Source: a bacterium (GTDB lineage Bacteria > Margulisbacteria > WOR-1 > O2-12-FULL-45-9 > XYB2-FULL-48-7). From it: 64,000 bases of DNA. The notes below the pieces were generated by a model. The model worked only from the letters and a program-made list of their open reading frames with translations. It was not told the origin of the DNA and ran no database searches. The stretch is taken from contig JBDRLW010000044.1 in the NCBI GenBank assembly GCA_043812655.1, positions 59,534-123,533 of the forward strand, in the 5' to 3' direction. A program made the position numbers and the translations under genes. This document shows, piece after piece, positions 54,101 through 64,000 of the stretch. How positions within the stretch are numbered: position 1 is the first letter of the stretch; every line of letters begins with the position of its first letter.

Positions 54101-56284
54101 ATGATAACTCGATTTTCAACTGTTCTTGTACTTATATTAGCTTTGTCTTCCCCTCTCTTGGCCCAATCAGACGAGGGGAAAACGCTGGGGTCCGCAAATC
54201 TTTTCCAGCAAGCCTTGTTGTCTCGCCAGGAAAATAAAACGGCGGAAGCGATCGCCCTTTTCCGGCAGTCAGCCAATGACCAAAATTACGCGCTCCAGGA
54301 TTATGCCCTATTTGAGATCGGCGAAACCTATTACTCTGCTGGGGATTATCGCTCCTCAATACCAGAATACCAAAAAATCCTTTCCCTTTATCCTAAAAGC
54401 ATTCTCCTCCCCAAAACAACCCTGATGCTCGGTAAAAGTTATTTTAACGCTAAAGATTTCCCCTCAGCTATCCAGACATTTCAAGCGCTGGTCGAAAAAT
54501 ACCCTGACGCAAAAGAAGCGGCCGAAGCCCGCTTCTTGGTCGCTAAGGCCCATGAGTTCCAAGGAAAATGGAAAGAGGCCTACCTTGATTATGAAGAAAC
54601 CGACCTTTTCCATCCTTTAAGCTATTTTGGCAAAAGGGCCAGAAAGGCCATTTTAGCTTTAAAAAGGAAACACAGAAAACAACTCCCCCGGTTTAAGGCT
54701 TCAGAAAAAGCGCTGTTTAAAAAAGGTATGGCTTACTTTGAACAAGATGATTTTGAAATGGCCGCCAATATCTTTCGTTTACTGGCGCGTAATTACCCTA
54801 AAAGCAAATTCATTAACGAGGCTTGGCTTATGCTTGGCCGCGCCGAAATGCAAAGAAACCGCTACCCTTCCGCCATTTCTGACTTAGAGAGGGCGACCAC
54901 CGGCTCTCCCAACCTTGCCGGCAAGGCGAATTACTACCTGGGGATCGCTCATGGCCGCCGGGGAAAATATCCTTCGGCGATCGCTTCTTTTAAAAAGGTT
55001 TTATATAAATATCCTGATTCCAGCCTGGCGGATGACGCGGCCTATTGGCTTGCTTATTATCAAGAAGTAAACGGTGAAACACAAGAAGCGCTCCATAGTT
55101 ATTATGGTTTGATCAAAAAATATCCTTACAGTAAATCTGTTTCCGCCGCGATCTGGCGCCTAGGGAGGGCCTATTACTGGGAGGGTGATTTCAAGAACGC
55201 GGCAACCTATCTCCATCTCGCCCAGCTCTATCCGCCGGGAGAAAATTCTCCCCGCTGTTATTTCTTTGAAGCGAAAGCGCTGGAGAGGCTCGACAATCGC
55301 GCCGCGGCGCTGGAAGTTTACAAAAAACTGATCGATCGTTTCGATCACACGTATTACGCCTACCGGGCGCAGGAAAAGCTGGATGGCTTCGGCATTTCCG
55401 CTCTTGCCCAACCGTTTAGCGAAGAAGATTTTTCAGAGGCTTTAAGCAGTTTGAACGACAACAATCAAGAAGCGCTCGCGTCAATAATGGAAATCTGGGA
55501 ATTGGCTAATACCGACATTTTACGGTCGGAAAATAGCGGAGAAGCCAGGGCTCACTTATTGAAATACAAAGAATTAATGGGGCTGAACTTAACCGGTTAC
55601 GCCGCCGATGAAGCGCGTTATCTAGTGGACATAACTTCTGAGCAAGAAAAAGATTCCGCGCAAATCAAGCTTGGCGAAATGCTTCTGCGATCAGGGGAAT
55701 ATCACCGGCCGATCCGCTTTGCCAACCGTAAGGTAAAAGATGCTGTCCTTTCCGGCAAGTCGTCTTCTGTTCCTAAAAAGATCTGGCAAATGGCTTATCC
55801 GAAAGGCTATTGGGAGCAGATAAAGATAAAAGCAGATAATTTTAAGGTCGACCCGTATCTCGTCCTGGCCGTTATTAGGGAAGAGAGCCGTTTTAATCCC
55901 AAAGCAGTCTCCCGCTCCGGCGCCAGGGGACTGATGCAAATTATGCCCAAAACCGGAAAAGGGATAGCAAGGAACCTTGACCTTTATCGCTACCGCACAG
56001 GCAAGCTTTTTGACCCAAAGCTCAACGTTGCCATGGGAACATACTACCTTTCCAATTTGGTAAAAAGCTTTAGTGACAATTTTTATCTGGCACTGGCGGG
56101 CTATAACGGCGGCCCCAATCGTGTTAAAAGATATATAAATAGCTGGTATGACAATAATTTAGGATCGGTTGACATCGATGAGTTTATCGAAAGTATCCCC
56201 AGCCGCGAAACCCGGCTCTATGTCCAAAAAGTAATGGAGAGTTATTTTGAATACAAGCGGTTATACGAGCGAAAACGAGGATAA
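54101..56284 (+). CDS. TPR-containing lytic transglycosylase (Slt70-like)
   Basis: Signal peptide, TPRs, [26 protein letters not shown]. Confidence 0.9.
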   Translation: MITRFSTVLVLILALSSPLLAQSDEGKTLGSANLFQQALLSRQENKTAEAIALFRQSANDQNYALQDYALFEIGETYYSAGDYRSSIPEYQKILSLYPKSILLPKTTLMLGKSYFNAKDFPSAIQTFQALVEKYPDAKEAAEARFLVAKAHEFQGKWKEAYLDYEETDLFHPLSYFGKRARKAILALKRKHRKQLPRFKASEKALFKKGMAYFEQDDFEMAANIFRLLARNYPKSKFINEAWLMLGRAEMQRNRYPSAISDLERATTGSPNLAGKANYYLGIAHGRRGKYPSAIASFKKVLYKYPDSSLADDAAYWLAYYQEVNGETQEALHSYYGLIKKYPYSKSVSAAIWRLGRAYYWEGDFKNAATYLHLAQLYPPGENSPRCYFFEAKALERLDNRAAALEVYKKLIDRFDHTYYAYRAQEKLDGFGISALAQPFSEEDFSEALSSLNDNNQEALASIMEIWELANTDILRSENSGEARAHLLKYKELMGLNLTGYAADEARYLVDITSEQEKDSAQIKLGEMLLRSGEYHRPIRFANRKVKDAVLSGKSSSVPKKIWQMAYPKGYWEQIKIKADNFKVDPYLVLAVIREESRFNPKAVSRSGARGLMQIMPKTGKGIARNLDLYRYRTGKLFDPKLNVAMGTYYLSNLVKSFSDNFYLALAGYNGGPNRVKRYINSWYDNNLGSVDIDEFIESIPSRETRLYVQKVMESYFEYKRLYERKRG

Positions 56285-57260
56285 AACCTTAGAAGGCATT
56301 AGGCCAAAGCGTTTTGGCAACTTCATCGGCCAAGAACAGATCAAACAAAACCTCCAGATCCATATCGATGCCGCTAAATCCCGCGGCGAAGCCTTAGAGC
56401 ATCTTCTTTTTTACGGCCCACCCGGCCTTGGCAAGACTACTTTAGCCGGCATTATTGCCAGCGAAACCGGCGCCAGCCTAAAGGTCACTTCCGGCCCGGC
56501 GATCGAACGCCCAGGCGACCTGGCCGCGATCCTAACCAACCTCAAGCCGCACGACATTTTTTTTATCGACGAGATACATAGATTAAATAAAGTGGTTGAA
56601 GAAGTTTTATATCCCGCGATGGAAGATTTTGGGTTAGATATTGTGATCGGCAAAGGGCCGAGCGCCCGCTCGATCCGGCTTGAACTGCCAAAATTCACCT
56701 TGATCGGCGCGACAACTAGGATCGGCCTCCTCTCCGCCCCGATGCGTGATCGTTTTGGCCTTGTTAATCGTTTGGAGTTTTATACGCCTGAGGAATTAAA
56801 GCAAGTAATCCTTAGGGCCGCCGGGACCTTTGATATTGCGATCGAAGAAAAAGGAGCGCTGGAAATCGCCAAGCGTTCGCGCGGCACACCCCGGATAGCC
56901 ATTCGCTTTCTCAAGCGAGTTAGGGATTACGCCCAGGTTAAAGGTTCGGGCAAGATCACCGGCGCAATCACTCATGAATGTTTAGATTCGATGGGAGTCG
57001 ACGAGTTTGGGCTGGACAAAATCGACCGTAAATATATAATAACTATAATCGATAAGTTCGCCGGCGGGCCAGTCGGAGTTGAAACACTCGCGGCCGGCAT
57101 CTCGGAAGAAGTCGAAACGATCGAAGATGTTTACGAGCCGTATCTGATGCAGCTTGGTTTTATCGAGCGGACGCCTCGGGGACGCCAGGCGACACAGAGC
57201 GCGGCAACCCACGTCGGCCGAAAATTAAAAGGCGCGGGACAGGAGAAATTGTTTAAATGA
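56247..57260 (+). CDS. ruvB: Holliday junction helicase RuvB
   Basis: [31 protein letters not shown]. Confidence 0.96.
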   Translation: MNTSGYTSENEDKTLEGIRPKRFGNFIGQEQIKQNLQIHIDAAKSRGEALEHLLFYGPPGLGKTTLAGIIASETGASLKVTSGPAIERPGDLAAILTNLKPHDIFFIDEIHRLNKVVEEVLYPAMEDFGLDIVIGKGPSARSIRLELPKFTLIGATTRIGLLSAPMRDRFGLVNRLEFYTPEELKQVILRAAGTFDIAIEEKGALEIAKRSRGTPRIAIRFLKRVRDYAQVKGSGKITGAITHECLDSMGVDEFGLDKIDRKYIITIIDKFAGGPVGVETLAAGISEEVETIEDVYEPYLMQLGFIERTPRGRQATQSAATHVGRKLKGAGQEKLFK

Positions 57261-57883
57261 AAAAACGAACCGCGGAAATAAAAAGAAAGACCAAAGAGAC
57301 CGACATTAAGATCAAACTTAATATCGATGGCAAAGGAACAAGTGAGATTGATTACCCCATCCCCTTTCTGGCCCACATGTTCACGCTTTTCACCAAACAT
57401 GGACTATTCGATCTTACCTTAAAAGCTAAAGGCGATCTGGAAATAGATCTTCATCACTTGGTTGAAGATACTGGGCTAGCCTTGGGCGAAGCTTTTGCCA
57501 AAGCTCTAGGGAAAAAAGCCAAGATCGAGCGGTTTGGCCACGCTTCTCTTCCGATGGATGAATCACTGGCCGATGTTAAAGCCTCGATCGATCTTTCAGG
57601 CCGCCCACATTTCACTTTTAACGCTAAGTTTCCAAAAGAAATGATTTATGCCGAGTTGGATGGCGAAAAAATTAAACTTTCAATCGATGCCGAAATGCTG
57701 CGGGAGTTTTTTGAATCTTTTGTCTACAAAGCTGGCATCTCGCTTCACGTTGATCTAGTCCGGGGGAAAAACACTCACCACAAAATTGAAGCTATTTTTA
57801 AGGCTTTTGGCGTTGCCTTAATGCGAGCCTGCGCCATCAACCCCCGCAAAGAAGGAATCCCGTCTACCAAGGGAGTTTTGTAG
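57257..57883 (+). CDS. hisB: Imidazoleglycerol-phosphate dehydratase
   Basis: [28 protein letters not shown]. Confidence 0.95.
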   Translation: MKKRTAEIKRKTKETDIKIKLNIDGKGTSEIDYPIPFLAHMFTLFTKHGLFDLTLKAKGDLEIDLHHLVEDTGLALGEAFAKALGKKAKIERFGHASLPMDESLADVKASIDLSGRPHFTFNAKFPKEMIYAELDGEKIKLSIDAEMLREFFESFVYKAGISLHVDLVRGKNTHHKIEAIFKAFGVALMRACAINPRKEGIPSTKGVL

Positions 57884-58291
57884 ATGATCGAGTTAGACGG
57901 CTTGGCTCCAGGGAACGAAATTATTTCAGAAGATAATGGGACCTTTTATTTAAGAATCACCCAGCCTCAAAAGATCTCTATTTCCAATAACTTCGCCGTC
58001 GAACTTGAGCCGCGCGAAAATCCTTTTTGGCTTTGCACTTCCCTTGGATATAAGTCAAATGTCCTGAGCCTAAATAAAATAGACACCGTGGTGGCCATTG
58101 CTAGGACCGAGCGGTTAGCCGAAGCGGCCAATAAGCTGGTCGGCAGGATCATTAAAGAAGCCCACGATATCGAACACAGCCTAAAGATCGCCAAGAAAAC
58201 CAGGAAGCTAGGCGGGGTTTTGATCTTAAAAGATGACCAGGTTGGTGTGCTGGGAAAAATAAAGTTCGTTCCTATATCACTCTCGGCGTAA
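57884..58291 (+). CDS. Degenerate protein resembling the C-terminal half of UPF0280 (ApbE-like)
   Basis: CTS.G....LS..K.D.VV..A....A.AA, GVLI.K.D..G..G pattern recalled from family. Confidence 0.45.
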   Translation: MIELDGLAPGNEIISEDNGTFYLRITQPQKISISNNFAVELEPRENPFWLCTSLGYKSNVLSLNKIDTVVAIARTERLAEAANKLVGRIIKEAHDIEHSLKIAKKTRKLGGVLILKDDQVGVLGKIKFVPISLSA

Positions 58292-59468
58292 TAAGGAAAA
58301 CTATCTCTGTCTTCTCTTTCTCAAGATTTCTGTTTTGGAACAATAACCCCAAAACAGGAATATAGCCAAAGACTGGGACCCTAACAATATTCTCTCTCTC
58401 CGTTTCCGACATTAATCCCCCAACAACTATCGTCTCACCATTTTTAACTCTGACCGTCGCCGAAGCATTGCGGGTTGAGATAACAGGGAAGTCGCCAGCC
58501 GAAGTTGTCCGCCATTCGGAAATGGAAGAGACTTCCGGCTGAATAAAGGTTGTAATGTCTCCTTCTTGCCCTAGCTGGGGAGTGATCTTAAGTTTCACTC
58601 CCGCGTCAATGTATTCAACCGTCCATTGGGTTGTACTGCCGCCGCTGCTTACCGGAACAGCATAAGGGATCCGACTGCCGATATTGATCATGGCTTCTTG
58701 GTTATCAAGCGTCGCGATCCTGGGACTGGCAACAACATTGGCTTTACCATCAGAGATCAGCGTATTCACAATCGAAGTAATATTTTCGGCCAGAGAGGTT
58801 TTTCTGGTCGCCTTGTCAGTCACAAAGCGAACGGTTCCATTACCATAAGAGATCCCAAGCTTTTTAGAATCGCTTTGCGCGATCTCCACCACTTTTCCTT
58901 CGATTAATATTTGCGGCGTGACCTTGTCGATCGCCGTAATTATTTTTTTAGCTTCAACAAGCTCCGAATCTTTTCCCCTGATAACCAAAGAGTTGGCCCT
59001 CCCTCCGACTTGAAAAGTCGCGCTTGGAATCACTTTGGTCAGCAATTCCGCTACTTTCCCGGCCGAGAGGTATTTTAATTGCACCGTCGCTATTTCTGGT
59101 TTATAAGCGGTTTGGGTAATATCTTGGGGAAGTGAAGAGACAAGCAAAACACTCCCTTTCTTTTCATAGTTAAAACCATTTGTCCGTAAGATAAATTCTA
59201 TCGCTTCTTCGGCTGTGACATCCTTTAAGTGGATAGTCGCCTTTTTGGTCTGATTTAGCGCCTGATCTCCTGACAAAACGAGATCAAACCCCGCGCTCCG
59301 GGCTAGAGTTTGCACTACATTGACCACTACGGCGTCTTCAAAGTCGATCCGGGAGATCTTTTCAGCCGCAACGGCAAAATCAAACTTCAAACATCCAACA
59401 ACAAAACAAACTAAAAACATCAAAAACCAGACATTAAACTTTTTATGCTTTGGTCTTTGCTTTCCCAT
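58272..59468 (-). CDS. Secretin (PilQ/GspD family)
   Basis: QILIEGKVVE, P.I.TLDNQEA.I..G, VKNGETIVVGGL, IPVLG.LF, FLITPRV. Confidence 0.9.
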   Translation of the reverse strand: MGKQRPKHKKFNVWFLMFLVCFVVGCLKFDFAVAAEKISRIDFEDAVVVNVVQTLARSAGFDLVLSGDQALNQTKKATIHLKDVTAEEAIEFILRTNGFNYEKKGSVLLVSSLPQDITQTAYKPEIATVQLKYLSAGKVAELLTKVIPSATFQVGGRANSLVIRGKDSELVEAKKIITAIDKVTPQILIEGKVVEIAQSDSKKLGISYGNGTVRFVTDKATRKTSLAENITSIVNTLISDGKANVVASPRIATLDNQEAMINIGSRIPYAVPVSSGGSTTQWTVEYIDAGVKLKITPQLGQEGDITTFIQPEVSSISEWRTTSAGDFPVISTRNASATVRVKNGETIVVGGLMSETERENIVRVPVFGYIPVLGLLFQNRNLEKEKTEIVFLITPRVI

Positions 59469-59499
59469 TATTTTGAAGTTTGGACTTTGAAGTTTGCAG

Positions 59500-59868
59500 T
59501 TATCTCTTAAGTATAATGCGATCATTTTTAATCCTAACGACTCGATAATCATCTATTTTTTCTCCTTCCTCTATAATAATTCCTCTCCCCCCCACCTCTA
59601 CGCAGGCCACATTCTTACCACCGCTGACCACCCCAACTAATTTCGCGTAACCGGCGGGGAGGAGAAGAGGCTCATCATGAATTGATAAAACCAAGTTAGC
59701 TACCGTAATTTTCTTTTCATTATATAAATAGACCGCCTCCCGGCTGGTGACCTGAATGGAAACAACTTCTTCGGAGGCGGTTTCATTTTTTACGGTAATT
59801 TGTTTTTCTGTCGAACAAGAAGTGAGGGAAATAATTATTAAAAATAGAAATAAAAACTTTTGCGCCAT
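59500..59868 (-). CDS. Lipoprotein upstream of secretin (PilP/GspC-like position)
   Basis: Lipobox LTSC; L.GVV.G...A.VE...I..GE.I..Y.V..I pattern. Confidence 0.55.
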   Translation of the reverse strand: MAQKFLFLFLIIISLTSCSTEKQITVKNETASEEVVSIQVTSREAVYLYNEKKITVANLVLSIHDEPLLLPAGYAKLVGVVSGGKNVACVEVGGRGIIIEEGEKIDDYRVVRIKNDRIILKR

Positions 59869-59882
59869 TTCAAAAAATGTAA

Positions 59883-59898
59883 AGCAAAACAATTGCCA
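59883..59898 (-). promoter_or_regulatory. Putative sigma54 promoter TGGCAATTGTTTTGCT
   Basis: GG-N10-GC spacing in TGGCA...TTGC context, 14 bp upstream of the lipoprotein start. Confidence 0.55.
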
Positions 59899-59942
59899 CG
59901 ATGATGAAAGTGAATATTAACGAATTCTTGTCAGGGTGAATG

Positions 59943-60581
59943 CTATATAATTAAAGATGTCGTAGTTGTCGATGTCGACGGGTTTATTGGGGATAACGTT
60001 TTTGTCCAGGCCCTCGTTTCACCGCTAGCAACTGTAACTTCTTCAGAGATAGCAAGATAAATCCCCCCCGGATCATAGGTCGTCACCTCATATGTCCCGG
60101 CTGGAATATCAGAAAGAGTACACTGACCGCTTGCATCGGTAAAATCAGAATAGGAAGTATTATTTAAATAGACCTTAATTCCCTGGGCCAGCCCACCCCC
60201 TGGCGTGGTTATGGTCGCGGCCAACCAGCCATTAGCGGTAATTGTAACAGTGGCCCTGCCTTCGATCGAACCGACCGTGGCAATTACATCTCCGCTCCCC
60301 TCTGTCCCACTAGCCGTAAACCAACCATCAGAAGAAATCGTCCCAATTCCTCCAGTCACGCTCCAGGTAGGAACTACTGTAACAATGGTTCCAACGCTAG
60401 TTTTCCCATCAGCTGAAAAATATTTTAACTTATTTATCCCGACAGTAACGGTAGAAGGTGAAACAACTAAGCTGGTCACGCCGCCATCTTCTAAATCGCC
60501 ACAACCTATGAGACAAATAAAAAATGCAAAATGAAAAATTAAAAATGAAGGTAGGATGATTTTTTTAAAGAAGCTTGCCAT
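59943..60581 (-). CDS. Lipoprotein with Ig-like and carboxypeptidase-regulatory-like domains
   Basis: Lipobox LIGC; VSPSTVTV, WSVTGGIG, TDASG...IPAGTYEV. Confidence 0.7.
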   Translation of the reverse strand: MASFFKKIILPSFLIFHFAFFICLIGCGDLEDGGVTSLVVSPSTVTVGINKLKYFSADGKTSVGTIVTVVPTWSVTGGIGTISSDGWFTASGTEGSGDVIATVGSIEGRATVTITANGWLAATITTPGGGLAQGIKVYLNNTSYSDFTDASGQCTLSDIPAGTYEVTTYDPGGIYLAISEEVTVASGETRAWTKTLSPINPSTSTTTTSLII

Positions 60582-61854
60582 TGGCCACCACAACTTTACC
60601 GGAAACGATCGTCTGGATAACCTTGCCGGTTAATGTCCAGCCACCAAAAGGAGTGTTGCGGCTTTTTGAAGCGAATTGCGTGGGGTCAACGGTCCACTCT
60701 TGTTTCGGGTCAACAACAATGAGATCGGCATCAACGCCGACTTTTAACGTCCCTTTATTTTTAAGTCCTAAGATCCTGGCTGGAGCAGCGGTCATAGCCT
60801 CAATTGCCCTAGTTAAGTCAACTGCTTTTGTTGCCACCAACTTGGTCAAGACAAGCGCCAAAGTTGTTTCCAGCCCGACCAACCCGGTCGCCGCGGCGCC
60901 AAATTCAATGTTTTTTTCTTCGAGCGTGTGGGGAGCATGGTCGGTCGCGATCACATCGATCGTCCCGTCTTTTATCCCCTTAATGATCTCTTTAACATCG
61001 GCCGCTGTTTTAAGCGGCGGATTAACCTTGGCGTTAGTATCGTAATTCCTGACCGCTTCTTCGGTTAACGAAAAATAATGTGGGCAGGTTTCGCAAGTAA
61101 CTTGAATTCCGTCTTTTTTAGCGATCCTGATAAGTTTAACTGACCCGGCCGCTGAGACATGGGCAATGTGGACTCGGCCGTATTCTCTGGCAAGCATGAT
61201 CTCGCGCGCCACCATCGCCTCTTCAGACAATGAAGGGATACCAGGCAACCCTATTTCAGTCGAAACTCTCCCTTCATTCATCGATCCACCAGCTGAAACA
61301 TTTAGGTCCTCGCAGTGGGAAATGACCGGCACATTAAATTGCTTCGCATATTCCAGCGCCCGGCGCATAACATCGGAGTGCATCACTGGCCGCCCATCAT
61401 CGGAGAAAGCGACCGCCCCTTCGGCAAAACATCTCCCCATCTCTGCCAGTTCTTCCCCTTTAAGGCCCTTGGTAACCGCCGCGATCGGCAAGACGTTAAC
61501 AACCCCTTCACCTTTTGCTTTAGCTAAGATATATTCAATGACCGCCGAGTTATCTCCGGGAGGATTAGTGTTCGCCATGCAGCAAACCGTAGTAAAACCA
61601 CCCAGCGCGGCGGCTCTGGTCCCGGTGTATATTGTCTCTTTGTCCGGCCGTCCCGGATCCCGCAAATGCGTGTGCATGTCGATCAATCCCGGCAGAACCA
61701 ACATCCCTTTGGCATCAATCATCCTGGCCCCTTGCCCCTGGACCCTGGCTCCTATTGCCTTCACTTTCCCATTTTCCAGTAACACATCCCTTAGCCCGTC
61801 AATTTTCGCCGCGGGATCTATTAACCGGCCGCCTTTAATTAATATTTTTGTCAT
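60565..61854 (-). CDS. pyrC: Dihydroorotase
   Basis: PGLIDMHTHLRDPG, HCED, KVNPPL, IATDHAPH. Confidence 0.95.
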   Translation of the reverse strand: MTKILIKGGRLIDPAAKIDGLRDVLLENGKVKAIGARVQGQGARMIDAKGMLVLPGLIDMHTHLRDPGRPDKETIYTGTRAAALGGFTTVCCMANTNPPGDNSAVIEYILAKAKGEGVVNVLPIAAVTKGLKGEELAEMGRCFAEGAVAFSDDGRPVMHSDVMRRALEYAKQFNVPVISHCEDLNVSAGGSMNEGRVSTEIGLPGIPSLSEEAMVAREIMLAREYGRVHIAHVSAAGSVKLIRIAKKDGIQVTCETCPHYFSLTEEAVRNYDTNAKVNPPLKTAADVKEIIKGIKDGTIDVIATDHAPHTLEEKNIEFGAAATGLVGLETTLALVLTKLVATKAVDLTRAIEAMTAAPARILGLKNKGTLKVGVDADLIVVDPKQEWTVDPTQFASKSRNTPFGGWTLTGKVIQTIVSGKVVVANGKLL

Positions 61855-62639
61855 TGCAATTTCATTTTTTTTCTGACCCTGGAGATCAGGGTCCGCAAAC
61901 TTGGGGAATCTTTCTTGTCAGCCGTCTTTTTACCGTCCGCTTTAATCCGTTTGAGCGCCATTGAAGCGGCTCTTTGCTCTGCTTCCTTTTTGTTCGCCCC
62001 GCGGCCGATGCCGTACCGTTTGTCTTTGATCCTGACCTCGATCCAGAAAACCCTCCGGTGCCGGGGGCCAGATTCTTTGATCACCCGATAATGCGGGAGT
62101 TCGTGTTTTTGTTTTTGGGCATACTCTTGCAGGGCAGACTTATAATCCCTAATATACCCAGCTTTGGAGACCGTTTCTACCTCTCCTTGAAGGAGTTCAA
62201 TGATCAAATCCCGCGCTTTACCGAGCCCAGCGTCAAGGTAGATCGCACCGATCAAGGCTTCCAGGGCATTGGCGACATTTGATTTCCGCTTTTGCCCGCC
62301 GCTTTTGATCTCGTTACTGCTAAGGAGGAGATAATCGCCCAGGCCGATTTTTTTGCCGACGACCGCAAAAGTTTCGTCTGAAATAACGGTCGCCCTGATC
62401 TTGGTCAAGTCGCCTTCGGCATGGCCGGGAAATTTATTATAGAGGTATTCGGTGGTCGCGAGTTTCAAGACCGCGTCGCCTAAGAATTCGAGTCTTTCGT
62501 TATCAGGAAGGTTTTTCTCGTGGCCATACGAGCTATGGGTTAATGCTTGGTTAAGGAGGTTTTTATTGAGGAATGCGACCCCGAGCTTGGTTTCAAGCTC
62601 TTTAAGGGCTTCTTCCCGCGCCGGAGAGAGTTGATGCAT
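61851..62639 (-). CDS. rnc: Ribonuclease III
   Basis: NERLEFLGDAVL, EALIGAIYLD, dsRBD. Confidence 0.96.
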   Translation of the reverse strand: MHQLSPAREEALKELETKLGVAFLNKNLLNQALTHSSYGHEKNLPDNERLEFLGDAVLKLATTEYLYNKFPGHAEGDLTKIRATVISDETFAVVGKKIGLGDYLLLSSNEIKSGGQKRKSNVANALEALIGAIYLDAGLGKARDLIIELLQGEVETVSKAGYIRDYKSALQEYAQKQKHELPHYRVIKESGPRHRRVFWIEVRIKDKRYGIGRGANKKEAEQRAASMALKRIKADGKKTADKKDSPSLRTLISRVRKKMKLQ

Positions 62640-62699
62640 TTGACAATATATTTTACATCATATAGAATAAAATTGCAAATCGAGAAAAGAGGAGAAATC

Positions 62700-63608
62700 A
62701 TGGTAGTTTTATCCCCCATTATGAGTTACGTAGTTGACAAGGAAGTCGGATTCCCCATCCCTTCGGAAAAAGAAAGGATCAATCGGGCCCTGCGCCGCTA
62801 TCGGAGCATCCTATCTGCCCATTCAAACCGCTCCGACGCGCCGGAGATCATGTTTGGCATCGCCGACCTTCTGGTTGGCCGGGGTGAAGGCAACGACCGC
62901 AACGACGCCATGAAAATGTTCGACCAAGTCCTGCTGCGCAACCCGCCGGAATATCTCAAGGCCAGGGCCTTGATCGGTAAGGCGGAGCTGATGATCGGAA
63001 AACCAGAAGAATTTGATAATGCTATCTCTTTAAGCGAAAAGGCTCGCCAAATTTTAGGCAAAGACCTGGCCGAGTTTTTTGCGGCTAAAACATTTATCGT
63101 TGAAGCCGAACTCCTTCTCGCCCGCCAAGCCAGGGGCGATTGGGCCAAAGCAATAAATTTGTTTGACCAAGTGATCAAAGAAAAATCGGCCCATTGGTAC
63201 TTCCGCGGTCGTGCTTTATTAGGCAAAGCCGAAATCCTCCTTTACAGCAAGCCCGACAAGTTGAATGAACCATTAAAACTTATCGACCTGTCATTAAAAG
63301 AGTTAGCGGACCGGACCGACGATTATTTCTTCAATAAGAACAAAGTCTTAAAGGCGGAAATATTGACCCGCCGTGGTAAAAAAGCGGACCTTAAGCGGAT
63401 CGAAAAAATGCTAACCGAAGTAGTTAAAATGCCGATCGCCTACAAAGACTTGATCGCGAGAGCAAAGTTGAACCTGGCCGACATTGGAACTGGCGCTAAA
63501 GCTGAAAAATTCATTAAAGATGTAAGCGAAATGGAGGGCGTCGACCCCTACCTCATCGAAAAAGCGCGCTTGATAGAACAAGAACTGAAAAATAGAAAGA
63601 AGAAGTAA
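62700..63608 (+). CDS. Helical-repeat (TPR-like) hypothetical protein
   Basis: GAGGAG RBS; repeated Y..ARA...KAE.L units. Confidence 0.65.
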   Translation: MVVLSPIMSYVVDKEVGFPIPSEKERINRALRRYRSILSAHSNRSDAPEIMFGIADLLVGRGEGNDRNDAMKMFDQVLLRNPPEYLKARALIGKAELMIGKPEEFDNAISLSEKARQILGKDLAEFFAAKTFIVEAELLLARQARGDWAKAINLFDQVIKEKSAHWYFRGRALLGKAEILLYSKPDKLNEPLKLIDLSLKELADRTDDYFFNKNKVLKAEILTRRGKKADLKRIEKMLTEVVKMPIAYKDLIARAKLNLADIGTGAKAEKFIKDVSEMEGVDPYLIEKARLIEQELKNRKKK

Positions 63609-64000
63609 TGCCTAAGACCATCGCCGAGAAAATACTATCCAATCATTCCGGGAAAGACGCCAAAGCCGGTGATATTGTCATTGCCGACCTCGATTTTATG
63701 ATCGGGCAGGATGGGACCTCTGGGGTAGCAATCGATTCTTTCCGCAAGATGCAGGCCAAGAAAGTCTTTGATCCGTCGAAGATTGCGATTATTATCGACC
63801 ACAGTTCTCCCTCACCAAATGAAGGAGTGTCCGCTATCCACAAAAAGATCCGGGAATTTACACAAGAACAAGGCATTAAGCTTTATGATATCGGTTGCGG
63901 CGTTTGCCATCAGATCACCCCGGAACAAGGGCACGTCGTTCCAGGAGATTTAGTTATCGGCGCTGACTCTCACACTTGCACCTACGGCGCGATCAATGTT
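63608..64000 (+). CDS. leuC: 3-isopropylmalate dehydratase/homoaconitase large subunit (runs off window)
   Basis: Manual translation MPKTIAEKIL...DH..P...GVCHQ...GADSHTCTYGA. Confidence 0.9.
   Translation, partial: MPKTIAEKILSNHSGKDAKAGDIVIADLDFMIGQDGTSGVAIDSFRKMQAKKVFDPSKIAIIIDHSSPSPNEGVSAIHKKIREFTQEQGIKLYDIGCGVCHQITPEQGHVVPGDLVIGADSHTCTYGAINV

Noticed and set aside
1..64000. tRNA, rRNA, prophage or transposase genes
   Set aside because: None recognised; nearly all of the sequence is accounted for by CDSs and short spacers. This was not checked with covariance models.

Overview
64 kb of chromosome from a diderm, probably anaerobic fermentative bacterium. Gene style, GCGATCGC enrichment and TTAAC-type Pho boxes suggest a non-photosynthetic relative of Cyanobacteria such as Saganbacteria/Margulisbacteria; this is inference only. 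The window holds housekeeping genes (ackA, pyrB, pyrC, ribD, rpe, nadK, galT, ruvB, hisB, rnc, leuC), two pst/phoU phosphate operons plus phoBR, feoAB, a long DUF134/NifX/COG1149 metal-cluster operon, a NikR-regulated nikMN locus and an ArsR/ArsP/thioredoxin cluster. The most striking locus is a Rex-regulated group 3b [NiFe]-hydrogenase operon with no hypB/D/E/F in the window. It is flanked instead by the [FeFe]-hydrogenase maturase HydG and by a HydE-like radical SAM protein fused to an N-terminal HypC domain, and it ends in a zinc-finger-less HypA. This is a candidate hybrid route for building the Fe(CN)x(CO)y unit of a [NiFe] site. Also seen: a candidate cation riboswitch, a MITE with target-site duplication, heptamer repeats inside housekeeping genes, a PstB pair with one degenerate ATP site, and a split pseudokinase/PASTA pair. 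I found no rRNA, tRNA, CRISPR array or transposase. All family calls are by eye from motifs; no database search was run.
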